Shown piece after piece: positions 36,141 through 47,620 of a stretch of 64,000 nt of DNA; position 1 is the first letter of the stretch; every line of letters begins with the position of its first letter. The DNA is from Cyanophora paradoxa CCMP329. Lineage: Eukaryota; Plantae; Glaucophyta. Under the pieces are notes generated by a model. It was not told the DNA's origin. It did no database searches and saw only the letters and a list, made by a program, of their open reading frames with translations. The translations under genes were made by a program, and so were the position numbers. The stretch covers positions 310,001 to 374,000 of the forward strand of contig QPMI01000409.1 of assembly GCA_004431415.1 (NCBI GenBank), written 5' to 3'.

Positions 36141-36656
36141 CATTTGGACACGTACTCAAAACGCAGGTCCGGGCTACAAGTGTGGGAATGTACACTGCGG
36201 CCGCCGCGGCCGCTGGCCCAGCCCACCAGCGAACTGGCCGGCCGGGCCCTGCGTGGCCCCCTAAGGAGAGTAATGCGCCTCCCCGCGGACACTCTGGCTA
36301 GCTAAATAGCTACATGTGCCAGCATGCGCGGCGTGGTGCTGCATCGCGTCTTGTGGCGGCGGGGGGTCGTCTAGGGGCGGTGGCGGGAGCCCCTACAGGC
36401 CCATGGAGGGGGCCCGACATGAGGTCAGCCTGCGGTGGGCGCGAAGAGGGGTCAGATCGTAATCCAAAATCAAAACAAACGGGGGCGCACTCGATCGACG
36501 AGCCTCCCGCCAACTTGGCAAAGGCGAGCGCCTGTGCACCGAATTTGAAGGCATCAGAGGACCATCACGGAGTGGGCGCCCGGGGGCAGCGCGCCGCGAA
36601 CCCTTTTTCGTCCAACCCCTGATCGTAATCGCACCCTAGGAGTCGACACCAGCCAC
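36141..36656. mobile_element. Putative ~516-bp non-autonomous insertion with 12-bp flanking direct repeat; its left ~160 bp recurs at 39467-39633 and, inverted, at 45374-45406
   Basis: GCAATTAACCCG at 36129-36140 and 36657-36668. All three copies share the same left boundary CAT(T)TGGACACGTACTCAAAACGCAGGTCCGGGCTA. Confidence 0.6.
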
Positions 36657-36875
36657 GCAATTAACCCGGCTAGTCAAAACTGGCCCTCGTATGCATATTC
36701 AAGTCCATCCTCCAATCAAAGTCCAAGTCTGTCCGACCCCCGTCCAACCCTCGAACCGAAATCCAACAGATTTATAGTAAGATATATTAGAACATCTCAT
36801 GTCATGATCATGGTTTGAGCATGACAGGCTACCCGTTGGAGGCAGCCTTGCTCAGCGATCGGGGTGCATGATTGT

Positions 36876-37984
36876 CAGTAATGTTTCTGCATAACTCCTG
36901 AAGCCGCAGCGTGTTGTAGCTCCTCTAAAGCTACTGATCTCATGCTGTGCAATTGCAAGTTGCATCAGACAATGAAAACAGGAAGCACCCACCATGCGCA
37001 GGCGAACCTTGGCGACAGTGTGGATAGGAACATTGCCATTGAATCAAAGAGCGCCTTTTCCTCCCACTGCAGGCTGTCCCTGAAGGGCAGCTGCGAACTC
37101 TCTGCGCTGTCTTGAGGCTCTTCCTGAAGTGCTTCCAAATGGTGTGGCCTCTGCTGCTCTGGTGCTGATCGCCTGCCAGGTGGTGGCATTGACGAGCCGG
37201 GCTTCCACAACTGTTCGTAAGCCGTGATGGCATCTTTTCTGGAGGCCTGCAATTGAGCAGAATGCGTGAAGGGATCTGGCTGCGAGGCAGATCTCCTTAA
37301 CGACGTGGGTTCTGTGGACGGAGGCCGCTTTCCAATTGATTCTTCGTACATGACTTGCGTCCTTGGCTGCAGAAGGTGAGGGTTAGGGTTAGGGTTAGGG
37401 TTAGGGTTAGGGTTAGGGTTAGGGTTACGGACAGTGCTGCAATCGATGCGAGGTTGAGCGTTCTTCTTGAGCTCGGTGAGGATCTTGTAGTGCGGAGCCT
37501 GATTACGATCGTAACTAGGGTGCGATTACGATCAGGGGTTGGACGAAAAATGCGAGCCTGAACAACTTTTTTTTTGCTGCCTGCGGCAGCTATCTCCTGA
37601 AGTCCAGCTGTAGAGCAGTTCAGCCGGATTTTTCAATCAGCCGCAGCACACGGCGGCGGACCTTCAAGCAGTTTCGTCTCGGGGGGCATGGCCGCTCGCA
37701 ACAGTGTCTCGGCCGAGTACGCCACCGCAAAATCTTGAGCATTCCGAGGCTGGGACAATGGCGATCCCAAGCTCTTCAGGAGGGCATGACGATGGAAGTT
37801 GGGATACTGAAAACCGGCAGAGCTGTTAACAAATTGCTGGTACTCGGGAAGGTTCTTGAAAACCTGGGCAATGGTGTCAGCGGCGCTTATATTTCGCAAA
37901 CTTGCGCTAGCGAAGCTTGCTCACTTGTTGCACGTATCGCACATGCGAGACCGGCGGCGAGCTGTCTGTGCGAGCCTTGGGCAT
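36876..37984 (-). CDS. Orphan multi-exon protein (MPKARTDSSPPVSHVRYVQQ|VFKNLPEYQ...)
   Basis: Four predicted introns join exons in one frame: QQ|VFKNL, LLE(A)|GLQEI, KKKVVQ|APHYK, IDCST|PRTQVMYEE. 3' end approximate. No family recognised. Confidence 0.6.
37379..37426 (+). repeat. Interstitial telomere-type repeat (AGGGTT)8
   Basis: Perfect 6-mer array seen directly. Confidence 0.95.
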
Positions 37985-38298
37985 GACTGAGCTAGTTGCC
38001 CCCGAAGAGAGCAGCTCTGAGTGGTCCCCAAGCCTATGATCGCTGAGGAGGCTTAGCTAAGCGCTAAATGCGGCGCGTCCGTGTCGGCAGCTCTTGTGAA
38101 GAATACAGTTGAGCCCGAGCTAGCAAAGCGCTGGGTTCTCGTCTACAGGGTCCAGGGCACTGTACCACCTCTCAATTGCATCCAGAGGTGGGCTCTAAAG
38201 GCTGGCAAGCGCGGTTGCGAAGAAAAGGTTGATATGGGTACAGCGTTATCGAGGGGGTAATAGGTCATTCTAGGGTTCGCCGCAAATTTGCACGGAGA

Positions 38299-39211
38299 AT
38301 GTTGCGCCGTCTTGGTGTTACCCTCCTCCGGGAGGCCCCGCGCGCTTCGGCCAAGCCCCTCGCGGCGGCACCCCTCCGTGCTCGCTTCGCGGTGCTCGCC
38401 CCGACCGCCGTTCGCCGTGGTGCGTCGAACGTCATGTTCTGAACCCGTTTATTTGATGGTATAGATAGATTCTAGAGGGCTTTTAGCCGGACCATCGATG
38501 CGGGCCGCATTGAGTCACGTATTGCGTGGCTGGTGTCGACTCCTGGGCGTAGAGACGCCCTCGCCGCCGCGGCCGAAGCGTCGAAAACGACCCGTGAAGA
38601 CATTGTCGTTTGCGGCTAATGATCTTTTCCGCTCAGCGGCCGAGAAGGACGAGCTCCCCGACCCGCTCGCGCACGTCACCGGTCTGGAGCGCGAGGAGGC
38701 CCTTGCCGAGCTCGTGAAGGTCTGTTGCTTATCGAAGGCAGGGTCAATGTGCCCGTTGGGTCGGCTAATTGCTTCTGACCGTACAGGACCCTCGCTTCGA
38801 GGACATCTTCGAGCCCATCTACGACGACCGCATGGGCACCGAGGCCGATCCGATCGTCGTCCGTAGCACCTTGGACTCGCGCATCGTTGGCTGCACTGGT
38901 GCGCTTTAGTGTCATGAGCGAGCCGCGGCTGCATGGCGTCACGCACTCGGCCCCTTGCGCACCTACTAAGGCCGCGACAAAGCGCTTGAACTTGACCGCG
39001 GGACTTACTCCGCACCCCTTCGGCCAGGCGGCGCCGGCGACGATGCCCACGATGTCATGTGGATTAACATCAACACCGGCGAGAAGGCTTCCTGCATCCT
39101 CTGCTCGCAGTGGTTCGCTGTTAAGCACCTCGACCTGGTAAATACTTCCTTGCGTCCTGTTTCTTTTCGAATTGTTTTTAACGACCCGCGCAGCCGAAGC
39201 TTAAGCACTAG
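38299..39211 (+). CDS. COX5B: Cytochrome c oxidase subunit 5B, mitochondrial precursor
   Basis: Arg/Ala-rich presequence MLRRLGVTLLREAPR. LPDPLAHVTGLEREE, GTEADPIVVRSTLDSRIVGCT|G and HDVMWININTGEKASCILCSQWF (Zn ligands). Confidence 0.92.
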
Positions 39212-39638
39212 GGAACGATTCTCACCGCATTTCCTCTTGCGCATAACACTTTCTCTGCTGCACGTGTAATCTTACCATTCTGAATGGTTTTTCCTGTACA
39301 AACTCAGTAAAACTCATATACTGCTACCTGGGCAATTACGAAGCTAAGAAGAGAAATTTGAAAATTATTAATTTCAAGAGACCGCACCCCATTCGCTAGG
39401 AGATAGTTCCGGAAATATTATCGCTCGCTGGTGACACCATCGTCCAGATTTTTGTCGGCTTGGGGTCGCATTTGGACACGTACTCAAAACGCAGGTCCGG
39501 GCTACAAGTGTGGGAATGTACCGTAGTACACTGCGGCCGCCGCGGCCGCGGGCCCAGCTCACCAGCGAACTGGCCGGCCGGGCCCTGCGTGGCCCCCTAA
39601 GGAGAGTAATGCGCCTCCCCGCGGACACTCTGGACACT

Positions 39639-40061
39639 CTGCAGTGGGAGGAAAAGGCGCTCTTTGACTCAGTGATTCAATGGCATGCAATGTTCCTATA
39701 TATAGCTATATATAGCAATGTTCCACATGTACATGTACACTGTCGTTAAGCTTATATAATTATAAATTGAGGTTCGCCTGCACATGGTGATACGTATACT
39801 AGTACTAGGCTACGATGGCCATGGGTGTTTCGAATTCCTGTTTTCATTGTCCGCCTGTTGCCTGATAATGCAACTTTAACTAGTAACTTGCAATATTTTT
39901 TAATTGCGCATGCACAGCATGAGATCAGTATACGTAGCAGCAGCTTTAGAAGAGCTACGTATATACAACACGCTGCGGCTTCAGGAGTTACTAAGCTATG
40001 CAGCCTGGCAGAGACATTACTGGCGATCATGCACCCCGATTGCGAGCAAGGCTGCCTCCAA
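39639..40061 (+). pseudogene. Inverted, insertion-riddled copy of the 3' part of the orphan gene (source 36836-37072)
   Basis: Manual alignment is colinear over the full 237-bp source, with ~16 insertions. Confidence 0.9.
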
Positions 40062-40087
40062 TCAAATCTTTTCGAATCAAAGTGCAA

Positions 40088-43000
40088 CTACAACGTCTTC
40101 AAATCCTGCAGGCCTTCTGCTCTTCTGCAAACAAGTTGAACTCATATACTGCTAACTGACCTGGGCAATAAAGAAGCTAAAAAGAGATCACACAGGTGCG
40201 AGGGTCCAGGCAGCGCATGGGATGGGGAATCTAGGAGCTGGAGTGCCAGCGACTCTGGCACTTGATGCTGTGGGATGGTCGTGGCTGAAATGGCCTTGGC
40301 TCTTGCGATGACCATAGAAGGGAAGAGCGAAGTCACGCCAGACTTCGACTGGGCTGGTCCAGTATTTGCCAGGGAGTCCTTCGCAGCCGCCTTGTAACCG
40401 AGACTGATGAGCTCATGGTCATCTGTTGCGAGGATGATGAAATCATTGTTCAAGAGTGCTCCGCCAATGACCCGCCCTGTGTTCTTTGTTGGCACAGCTG
40501 CCTCCGGTACAGGAGAGGATGTGCTAAAGCACGCCACAACACTCGAGTCGCCTGGCAGAAATCAGCAAAACAGCGAAATGGATGAGCAGCATTTTTGATG
40601 AGTAGACACGAGACTTACCATTCTCCAGGGAAAGCACAAGCTTGTTGGACTGCGTGTTGCACATCAGGATGGCCTCAGGAACACGAACGCTCCACAGCAA
40701 AGTACAGCTCCGTGCATCGAAGAGGTACATAGTTGAAGATGTCAGCACTGCAGCCGATGCTGTCGTACCGACAAACGAGACTTGACTGCAAAGCCTAAAA
40801 TCAGAATGAAGCAAACGAAGCCTACGAGTGGTTGGAAATCACCGAATGGGCTCATCAAGAATGGCCACAACTTTGAGCATGCAGTTCGAGTGGGGATCCC
40901 ACAGCACAAGTGCCTGCTTGCTTCGTTATTGGAAGGAGCACCTGGGAAGGATGGTATGCACCTTCTCGCAGCCAAGGAGGAGCAGGGAGCTATCAGCAGA
41001 GAAAGAAGCATCCAGAACAAGAGCATCCTGAAAGTAGCCAACAGACTCACAAATCCACGCGGACTCTCCTGCAAACAGAGTCAGGAAGGATGCATAGCAT
41101 TCCAAAACCATTCCAAAACCGCATGGCAGACCCTGTTTGGAGCTCCTTGACCAGAACTTAATGTGCTTCGTCGAGCTTGCTGACATCAGCTGCTCTCCAT
41201 TTGGCGAGAATGCCAGACTTGTAATATCCTCTCCAACAGCTAGAGGGGTCTGAGCTTTGAGCGAATATCTGTTTCGAAGATTAGACGGGGTAAACTCTGC
41301 GCAACCGCAGGTCGCACGTTGAAGACTCCAGATGGTGCTCCCACAGCTTCAGTGATGCCTGAATCACACCACCGCATCCTGGCAACCTGCTTTCGGCCTG
41401 AATAGCATGGGTCAGGAAAACAATGAGAATTGCAAGGGACTGCAATTAGCATAGCAGACCACAGCAATCCATTTCCCATCGTGGCTAACGTCCACGCGAC
41501 TGACAGGCTGTACGGAGGCGGTTGCCCCTCTCCTCTTGCCTATGCTCGCTACCCCAGAAGGCTTAAGAATAGGATGGCAGCTGCGAAGACGCAGTTTAAC
41601 AATAGCCAGGAGAAGAAAGGGGGCAGCAGAACACACCTGTGTGTGCTCATGTCGTGGACAACCATGTTCCCTGACGGGTGTGGTATGTACACGGATTGAT
41701 TTCGACACACCAACGATGTGAAGCAACCCTGCATGCTCGGGTCTGAAAAACAATGTCAGCGGCAACCTACGCGGACCCTGCACGACACTCACCAAGGAAC
41801 AATCCCCGAACTGCAGCCTGGAGAGACGAGGTCACTGTGTCCAGGATGTAGACATCATTCTCAGATGTTGCTACAGCAAAGAGCTTCGAATCCTGGCTCG
41901 TTGACAGACTTGTGATGATTTGGCCGAGGCGGGGGAAGAAATGGCGTGATCTAGACTCGACATTCCACACAACCACGACTCCCTTAAATGCACTGGTCAT
42001 GGCAGAAAAAATAGGTCAGCGAAGAGCGACAGAAGTGCACCTCTTGCCCTCCAGAGAGAAGGTCCCGCCCATCCGGGGTGAAGACCAGAGCACCAATAGC
42101 ATTCGCGTGCCAGTGGAACTTGCTCTGGACACTGGCCTGATCTTCGCTGCCTCCGACACCGGACAGAGTTATTTGGCCCCTCTTGTCCGCAACGGCAAGT
42201 TGCGCTGTACTCGGATGCATCGCTATCGCACTGACAGGCTGATGGGCTGATATGCTGTACACACATGTGTGTCAGAGATTTGTCTGAGATGCGGAGACTG
42301 ATCCAACGCACCTTTTCGAGGTCCGGGTTGCCAGATCAAAGACTTCAATCGACTTGCCATATGCAGCGGCTAGCTTCTGCTGATTGCAACCCAAGGAGAG
42401 GAGGGGCAGGCGTCCCGGGGGACCCCTGATGCGGAAGGGGAACGACAGTGGCTTCCGGTTGCTGCCTTTCAGGTACACATAGAGCAGCTGCAACACGAAA
42501 TCAGCATCCGAGATATTTCGGAACCGCAACAGGCATATCGCATCACACCTTCCACAGTGCACCCTTCCTCTGAGCTGCATGGATGGGATCAGGAAAACAG
42601 ACGTTGGCTGAGCGTGCGCTTTGCGGACGAACCGCCAGGCTTTTCATCATCCTTTTCGGACTGGCTGCAGAGCACGAAGGCCTTGCGCCCACCTTCTGGA
42701 TCCACCGATAGCCAGTGCAGCGGGGGTCCGACGGGGATCGTCTGAGCGATCGTGAGCGCGGGCAATCGCAACTGCGCCGTCGATCGAAGCTACGAAGTAC
42801 CTTGACGATTGCGCCGGATGTGTAGTCCCAGAGCGCTATGCAGCCGGCCGTGCTGGAGGCATACACCTGGGCAGGGTGAGCGCGGAGCGGCACCGATCAC
42901 AGCTACCTACACGCACTTGCGTGTTGACAAGGGGGTGCAGGGCGAGGCACGTAATCCGTCCCGTGTGCGCCACCTCCCACTCGAGCGTGCGGACAGTCTC

Positions 43001-43196
43001 GCCCGTGCTAGCTGAGAGGACTCGCACGTTGCGGGAACCCCATACTAGCAGAAGGCTGCAGCGGAGAGCTTGCGTCAGCGACGCGGGCACCGCGCACGGG
43101 CGCCAGCGCGGACCTCGAGTCGTGCGAGAAGATGGAGCCCGCGGTGCGGCCGCCGTATGAGTTAATCACCTCCAGGCGCTTGGAATTCGCGTCCAT
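40088..43196 (-). CDS. WDR75: WD-repeat SSU processome protein WDR75/Utp17 (Nan1)
   Basis: KFHWHANAIGALVFTPDGRDLLSGGQE|GVVVVWNVESRSRHFFPRLGQII and C-terminal LLDSPSHALPGPSHLCDLFLASLL. Last exon approximate. Confidence 0.88.
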
Positions 43197-43409
43197 GATC
43201 GCGGTTCCCGCGCACCGCGCGCCTGTGCAGAGATCCGCGGTCGAGATCGGCGCTCAGATCGATCGGTGCTATGCGTCGGGCAAGGTTGTCTCTGCAACAA
43301 ATGCGCTAGCTGCTTGCGCGGTTCTGGGCTGCAGCAGCTGCTATCGAGGGCTGCAGGCACCGCGAACCGAGGCTGGACGGGTACGTGCTCCACGTTTTCA
43401 AGCCGCAGG

Positions 43410-45061
43410 ATGGCGCCGACGAGCGAGAACGAGCACCGGCACCTCGAGGACATCTCGTCGTGGGTGCTCGACGAGCAGAGACCGGTGAGATGATCGTGCT
43501 CGCGCGTCGGGTGGGGCGCTGCTCCCCCCAGTCCTCGAGTTCGAGCCCACCTGGCGGTTCCGCAGGTCACCTACAAGTGGCTAGCGCACACGCTTGACGT
43601 GAATGTCGAGCAAGCAAAGCGGTGAGGTGCCGAGCGCGACCGCCGCCGAGCGCGGGCGCTGATCACACCACAGGCTGCTTCGGACCTTTTGTGACCGCAA
43701 GGGCGACTCCGTACACGTCGTGTACCTCATCTGCGGGCGGAGGGAGTCCACATGCGAGAGTTTCATCCGGCTCGTGCCGCAAGCTCGCCTGCAAGGTGCG
43801 CACCTGCCGCGGCCCGCCGACGCTTTTTGTTGCGAATTCGCGCCTGCAGACGAGAAGGCCAAGTTTGACAGTGTGACTTGCGAGCACGTTTTCAGCGTCC
43901 ACTATCAGCCACTGCCCGATTCTGCGGGCCTGCACGCGGTAGACCTCGAGATGAATCGGGAGCTGTACGAAAAACGGCAGCCCTCCACGGCGGCCGCTGA
44001 AACGCGGTGCGCACGAGCACGCTCGCTAGCTGTCAATTTATTGAATGTTCTCTTTCGCAGGCTGTCCGCGATTCGGCCGGTGGCGGTCTCAGACGCGGTG
44101 CGCGCCGCCAAGGAACCGGAGCCCGCTCTGCAGCCCGGGGCTCCAAGCAAGCCCGCGTCCGTCGCCGCAAAGAAGGCGGAGCCGGCTCCTGCGCCCACGC
44201 CGGCGGCGAAAAAGCCGGAGAGCGCGCCGGCTGCAAGCAAACCGGAGCCGGCACCAAAGCCCGCCTCGAAGCCGGCCGGCAAGACGAATCCGTTTGCCTC
44301 CGCCTCCGCTGCTGCGTCGGTACCGGCGGCGTCCCCCGCTGCGCCGCCAAAGCGCGCGCCGCAGGAGGCCCCCAAGCCTTCGTGCGCTCCTCTCCGCGTG
44401 ATTTGGCCGAGAGATCTTCAGCTCAGGCGCGCGGCAGGCCCCCGGCGGCCAAGGAGGTTACTGCGGTGGACGATGACGATGATGAGGAGGAGGAGGGCAG
44501 ACGCCGGTGCGGCCGCTCTGTCCCGCGCGCTGATCTTCTCGCGCGCCGACGGGCGGAGCGCAGGGGGCCCAAGCGCCTGGGCAAGCGGCGTATCGTGGAT
44601 GAGGACGAGGAGGAGAGTGCCGGGCCATGCGCGGCGGCGCAGGTGCAGGAGCCTCCGGACGAGTCGCCCCCGAAAGCGGCGCGGAAGGCGGATCCCGAGG
44701 AGGAACCGAGCCCGCCGCCAGCGGCCGTCCCTCCAAAGCAGCGGGAGGCGGCGGAAGCCCCGCAGGCCCCGCAGCAGGCGACGGTCATTAAGGAGGTCCC
44801 CAAGCTCAAGCAGGAGGGCAAGTACCTCGGTGCGCCGAGTCCGCAAACGCGCAGATGCCAGCCGCTCCCGACCCCGCCGCAGTCATGCGCGCAGAGAAGG
44901 AGGCTGTCCCCGTCCCTGCCGCGCCGGCCCCGCTGAAGCCAGGGCCGGCTGCTGCGCGCCCCGCCGGGGAGGCCAAGGGCGGGAAGGGCAAGGGCGGAAG
45001 CAAGGAGAGCAGCGACCCCAAGAAGCAGTCCTCCATCCACTCGTTCTTCGCCAAGAAGTAG
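43410..45061 (+). CDS. POLD3: DNA polymerase delta subunit 3 (Cdc27/p66)
   Basis: N-terminal VLDEQRP|VTYKWLAHTLDVNVEQAKR|LL, low-complexity middle and C-terminal PIP box KQSSIHSFFAKK*. Confidence 0.9.
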
Positions 45062-45506
45062 GACGCCGTGCAGTGTGTGCACACGTTCGATTAAGAGAAC
45101 CACTCAGCTCCACGTTGAGCTTGATCACGCCATCGGAATCGCCCGACCATGGCCACGTCCCATGCATGACCAGGGCCACACAGCTTGCAAAATTAAGGGC
45201 CGGGCTCCTTCTGAATTCTATTTCTTGTCCATGCCCGCGAATGCATTCAAGTTTGTACAAGTAGCACTTTAGCTACGTATGATACAGCTGCAGGCGGACA
45301 ACCTTATACTATCAGCTCTATAAAAATTGGTACATCTTCACTGGAATCATCAAAAATGATTACGGTAAAATGATAGCCCGGACCTGCGTTTTGAGTACGT
45401 GTCCAATGTGTAAAATATGCAAATATCGCAAACCAAAATAAGCTAGCGCGAAATTACGGGCGGACGTGGGATAAAGGAGCTACAGAGAGGGCGAGGAATA
45501 ATATGC

Positions 45507-45820
45507 TTAGCACTCGGGGACGGCAACCTGGACGGCAAGGCCGCCCTTGGAGGTCTCCTTGTACTTGCTCTTCATATCGAGGCCCGTGCGGAACATGGTC
45601 TCGATGACGTCGTCCAACGACACGACGTGAGTGCCGTCGCCGCGGAGCGCCAGGCGCGCAGACTGGATGGCCTTGACGGAGCCCATGGCGTTGCGCTCGA
45701 TGCAGGGGACCTGCACGAGCCCGCCAATCGGGTCGCACGTGAGCCCGAGGTTGTGCTCCATGCCAATCTCCGCCGCGTTCTCGATCTGCTCGACGGTGCC
45801 GCCGAGGACCGCCGCCAGGC

Positions 45821-45851
<31 letters not shown>

Positions 45852-47620
45852 CTCGCCCTGGCAGCCGACCTCCGCGCCCGAGATCGACGCGTTCGTCTTG
45901 TACAGTATGCCGATGGCCGCGGCGGTCAGCATGTAGTCGAGGATGCGGTCCTCGTCGGTGCGGCCCTCGCACAGGAACATGTGGTCGTAGTACATCACCG
46001 ACGGGATGATGCCGGCGGCGCCGTCTGCGCGAGAGCGTCAGCTTTAAGCATGCGCGTTATACGATTTCAAAATCGCGGAGACGCACTCGTCGGGGCGGTC
46101 ACGACGCGGGAGCCCGCGGCATTCTCCTCGTTCACGGAGATGGCTGCTCGAAAATTAGAACGTGGAAATGCTCGCGGGGTTGGCGGGGGTCGTACCGAAG
46201 AGGGAGACCCAGTCCATGATGTCGGCGGGGTCCTTCATGACGACAAGCTGGCCGTTGCGGGAGAGCTGATTGTAGAGGTCCGGGGCGCGCCGCTTCACGC
46301 GCAGCGCGCCGGGGAGGATGCCCTCCTGCCGGAAGCCGCGCTCCACGCAGGACTTCATCACGTTCCAGATCTTCAGGCAGCCATCCCGGACCTCCTTCTC
46401 CGTCCGCCCCATCGCCAGCTCGTTCGCCATCATCAGCTCCGAGATGCTAGAAGCCCGGGCCGTCAGATAAGGAAGAATAAGAAGGCCGCACGAGCGACCC
46501 ACCGGAGCTTGTTGCTCTTGCACTGAATAAGGAGGTCCTCCGCCGTCTTGAAGGGATACGGGATACGGAGCTGACCGTCGCTCGCCGCCGCAGAGGCCGC
46601 AGCGCCGCCCGTCATCGAGTCGTCGGTGCCGCAGCTCGGGTCCCAGTAGATGAAGCCACCGCCGATCGAGTAGTACACGTGCTTCGAGATGGGCTTCTCG
46701 TCCTTATCAAAAGCGGTGAAGCGCAGGCCGTTCGTGTGCATGGGCAGGCGGCCGCGGTTCCAGACGAGATCTGCGTGCGTGATTAATTATGTTATTTAAA
46801 AGGAGGTGCAGGAGAGGCGCAGAAAGGCCGTGCGCACGCTTCTTCTCGACGAAGTCGATGGCGCGCGCGGGGTCGCCGCCGAGATGCAGCTTCTGGCTCT
46901 CCATGATGCGCACAATCTTCTCCGGCACGGCATCCGGATTGACCGAGTCCGGCATCTCGCCCTCGAGCCCGAGAAGCACGGCGATATCGGTGGCGTGGCC
47001 GCGGCCAGTGAGCGAGAGAGAGCCGAACAACTCCGCAGTGACACCAGCGACCTTATCGTACACGCCCTCCTCCTTCAGCTTCTGAATGAACTCGCAGCCA
47101 GCCTTCATGGGGCCGACGGTGTGCGAGCTGGACGGGCCGATGCCGATCTTGAACACGTCGAACACACTGATTTCCAGGGCGCCTTCGCCGAGGGCCCGAG
47201 GCGGCTGCGCAAGCGTAAAGAGTGAGAAAAACGTATAGTTTACAAAGAGATAATGCGTACCGGGTTGTTGTTCTTCGTCGAACGGCGGCGGGCGGCGGCA
47301 GCCGCGCGCGGGCTCGTCGGCCGTGGGCTCGTCGGCCGCGGACTGACCGGACGAGGGCTAGCAGCACGAGCGGGAACGGACTTGGCCGAGCCGCCGGTAG
47401 GCGGCGGGGCCATCATGCGGAGTGGCTCAGGGGCGACCGCTCGGGCAACGGCCGGAGCGGAGAGCAGGCTGCGCGTCGCGCCTCCGAAGAACTCTGAGCT
47501 ACGGGCCGAACGAAGAGTGCGCTGGGCGGGCTTCGACGGCGCCGCGCACACGGCCGGCGGGGCACTGTGGAGGGGCGCCGCGCGCGCCTGCGGCGCAGAG
47601 GGAGCCGGTGCGATGTACAT
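45507..47620 (-). CDS. sdaA: Iron-sulfur-dependent L-serine dehydratase (single-chain SdaA type) with putative plastid transit peptide
   Basis: [62 protein letters not shown]|[40 protein letters not shown] and [11 protein letters not shown]. Confidence 0.95.

Noticed and set aside
37355-37561. Telomeric array as a chromosome end or misjoin; the (VR)n plus-strand ORF
   Set aside because: The array is only 48 bp and a minus-strand reading frame continues across it. The VR ORF is just the translated repeat.
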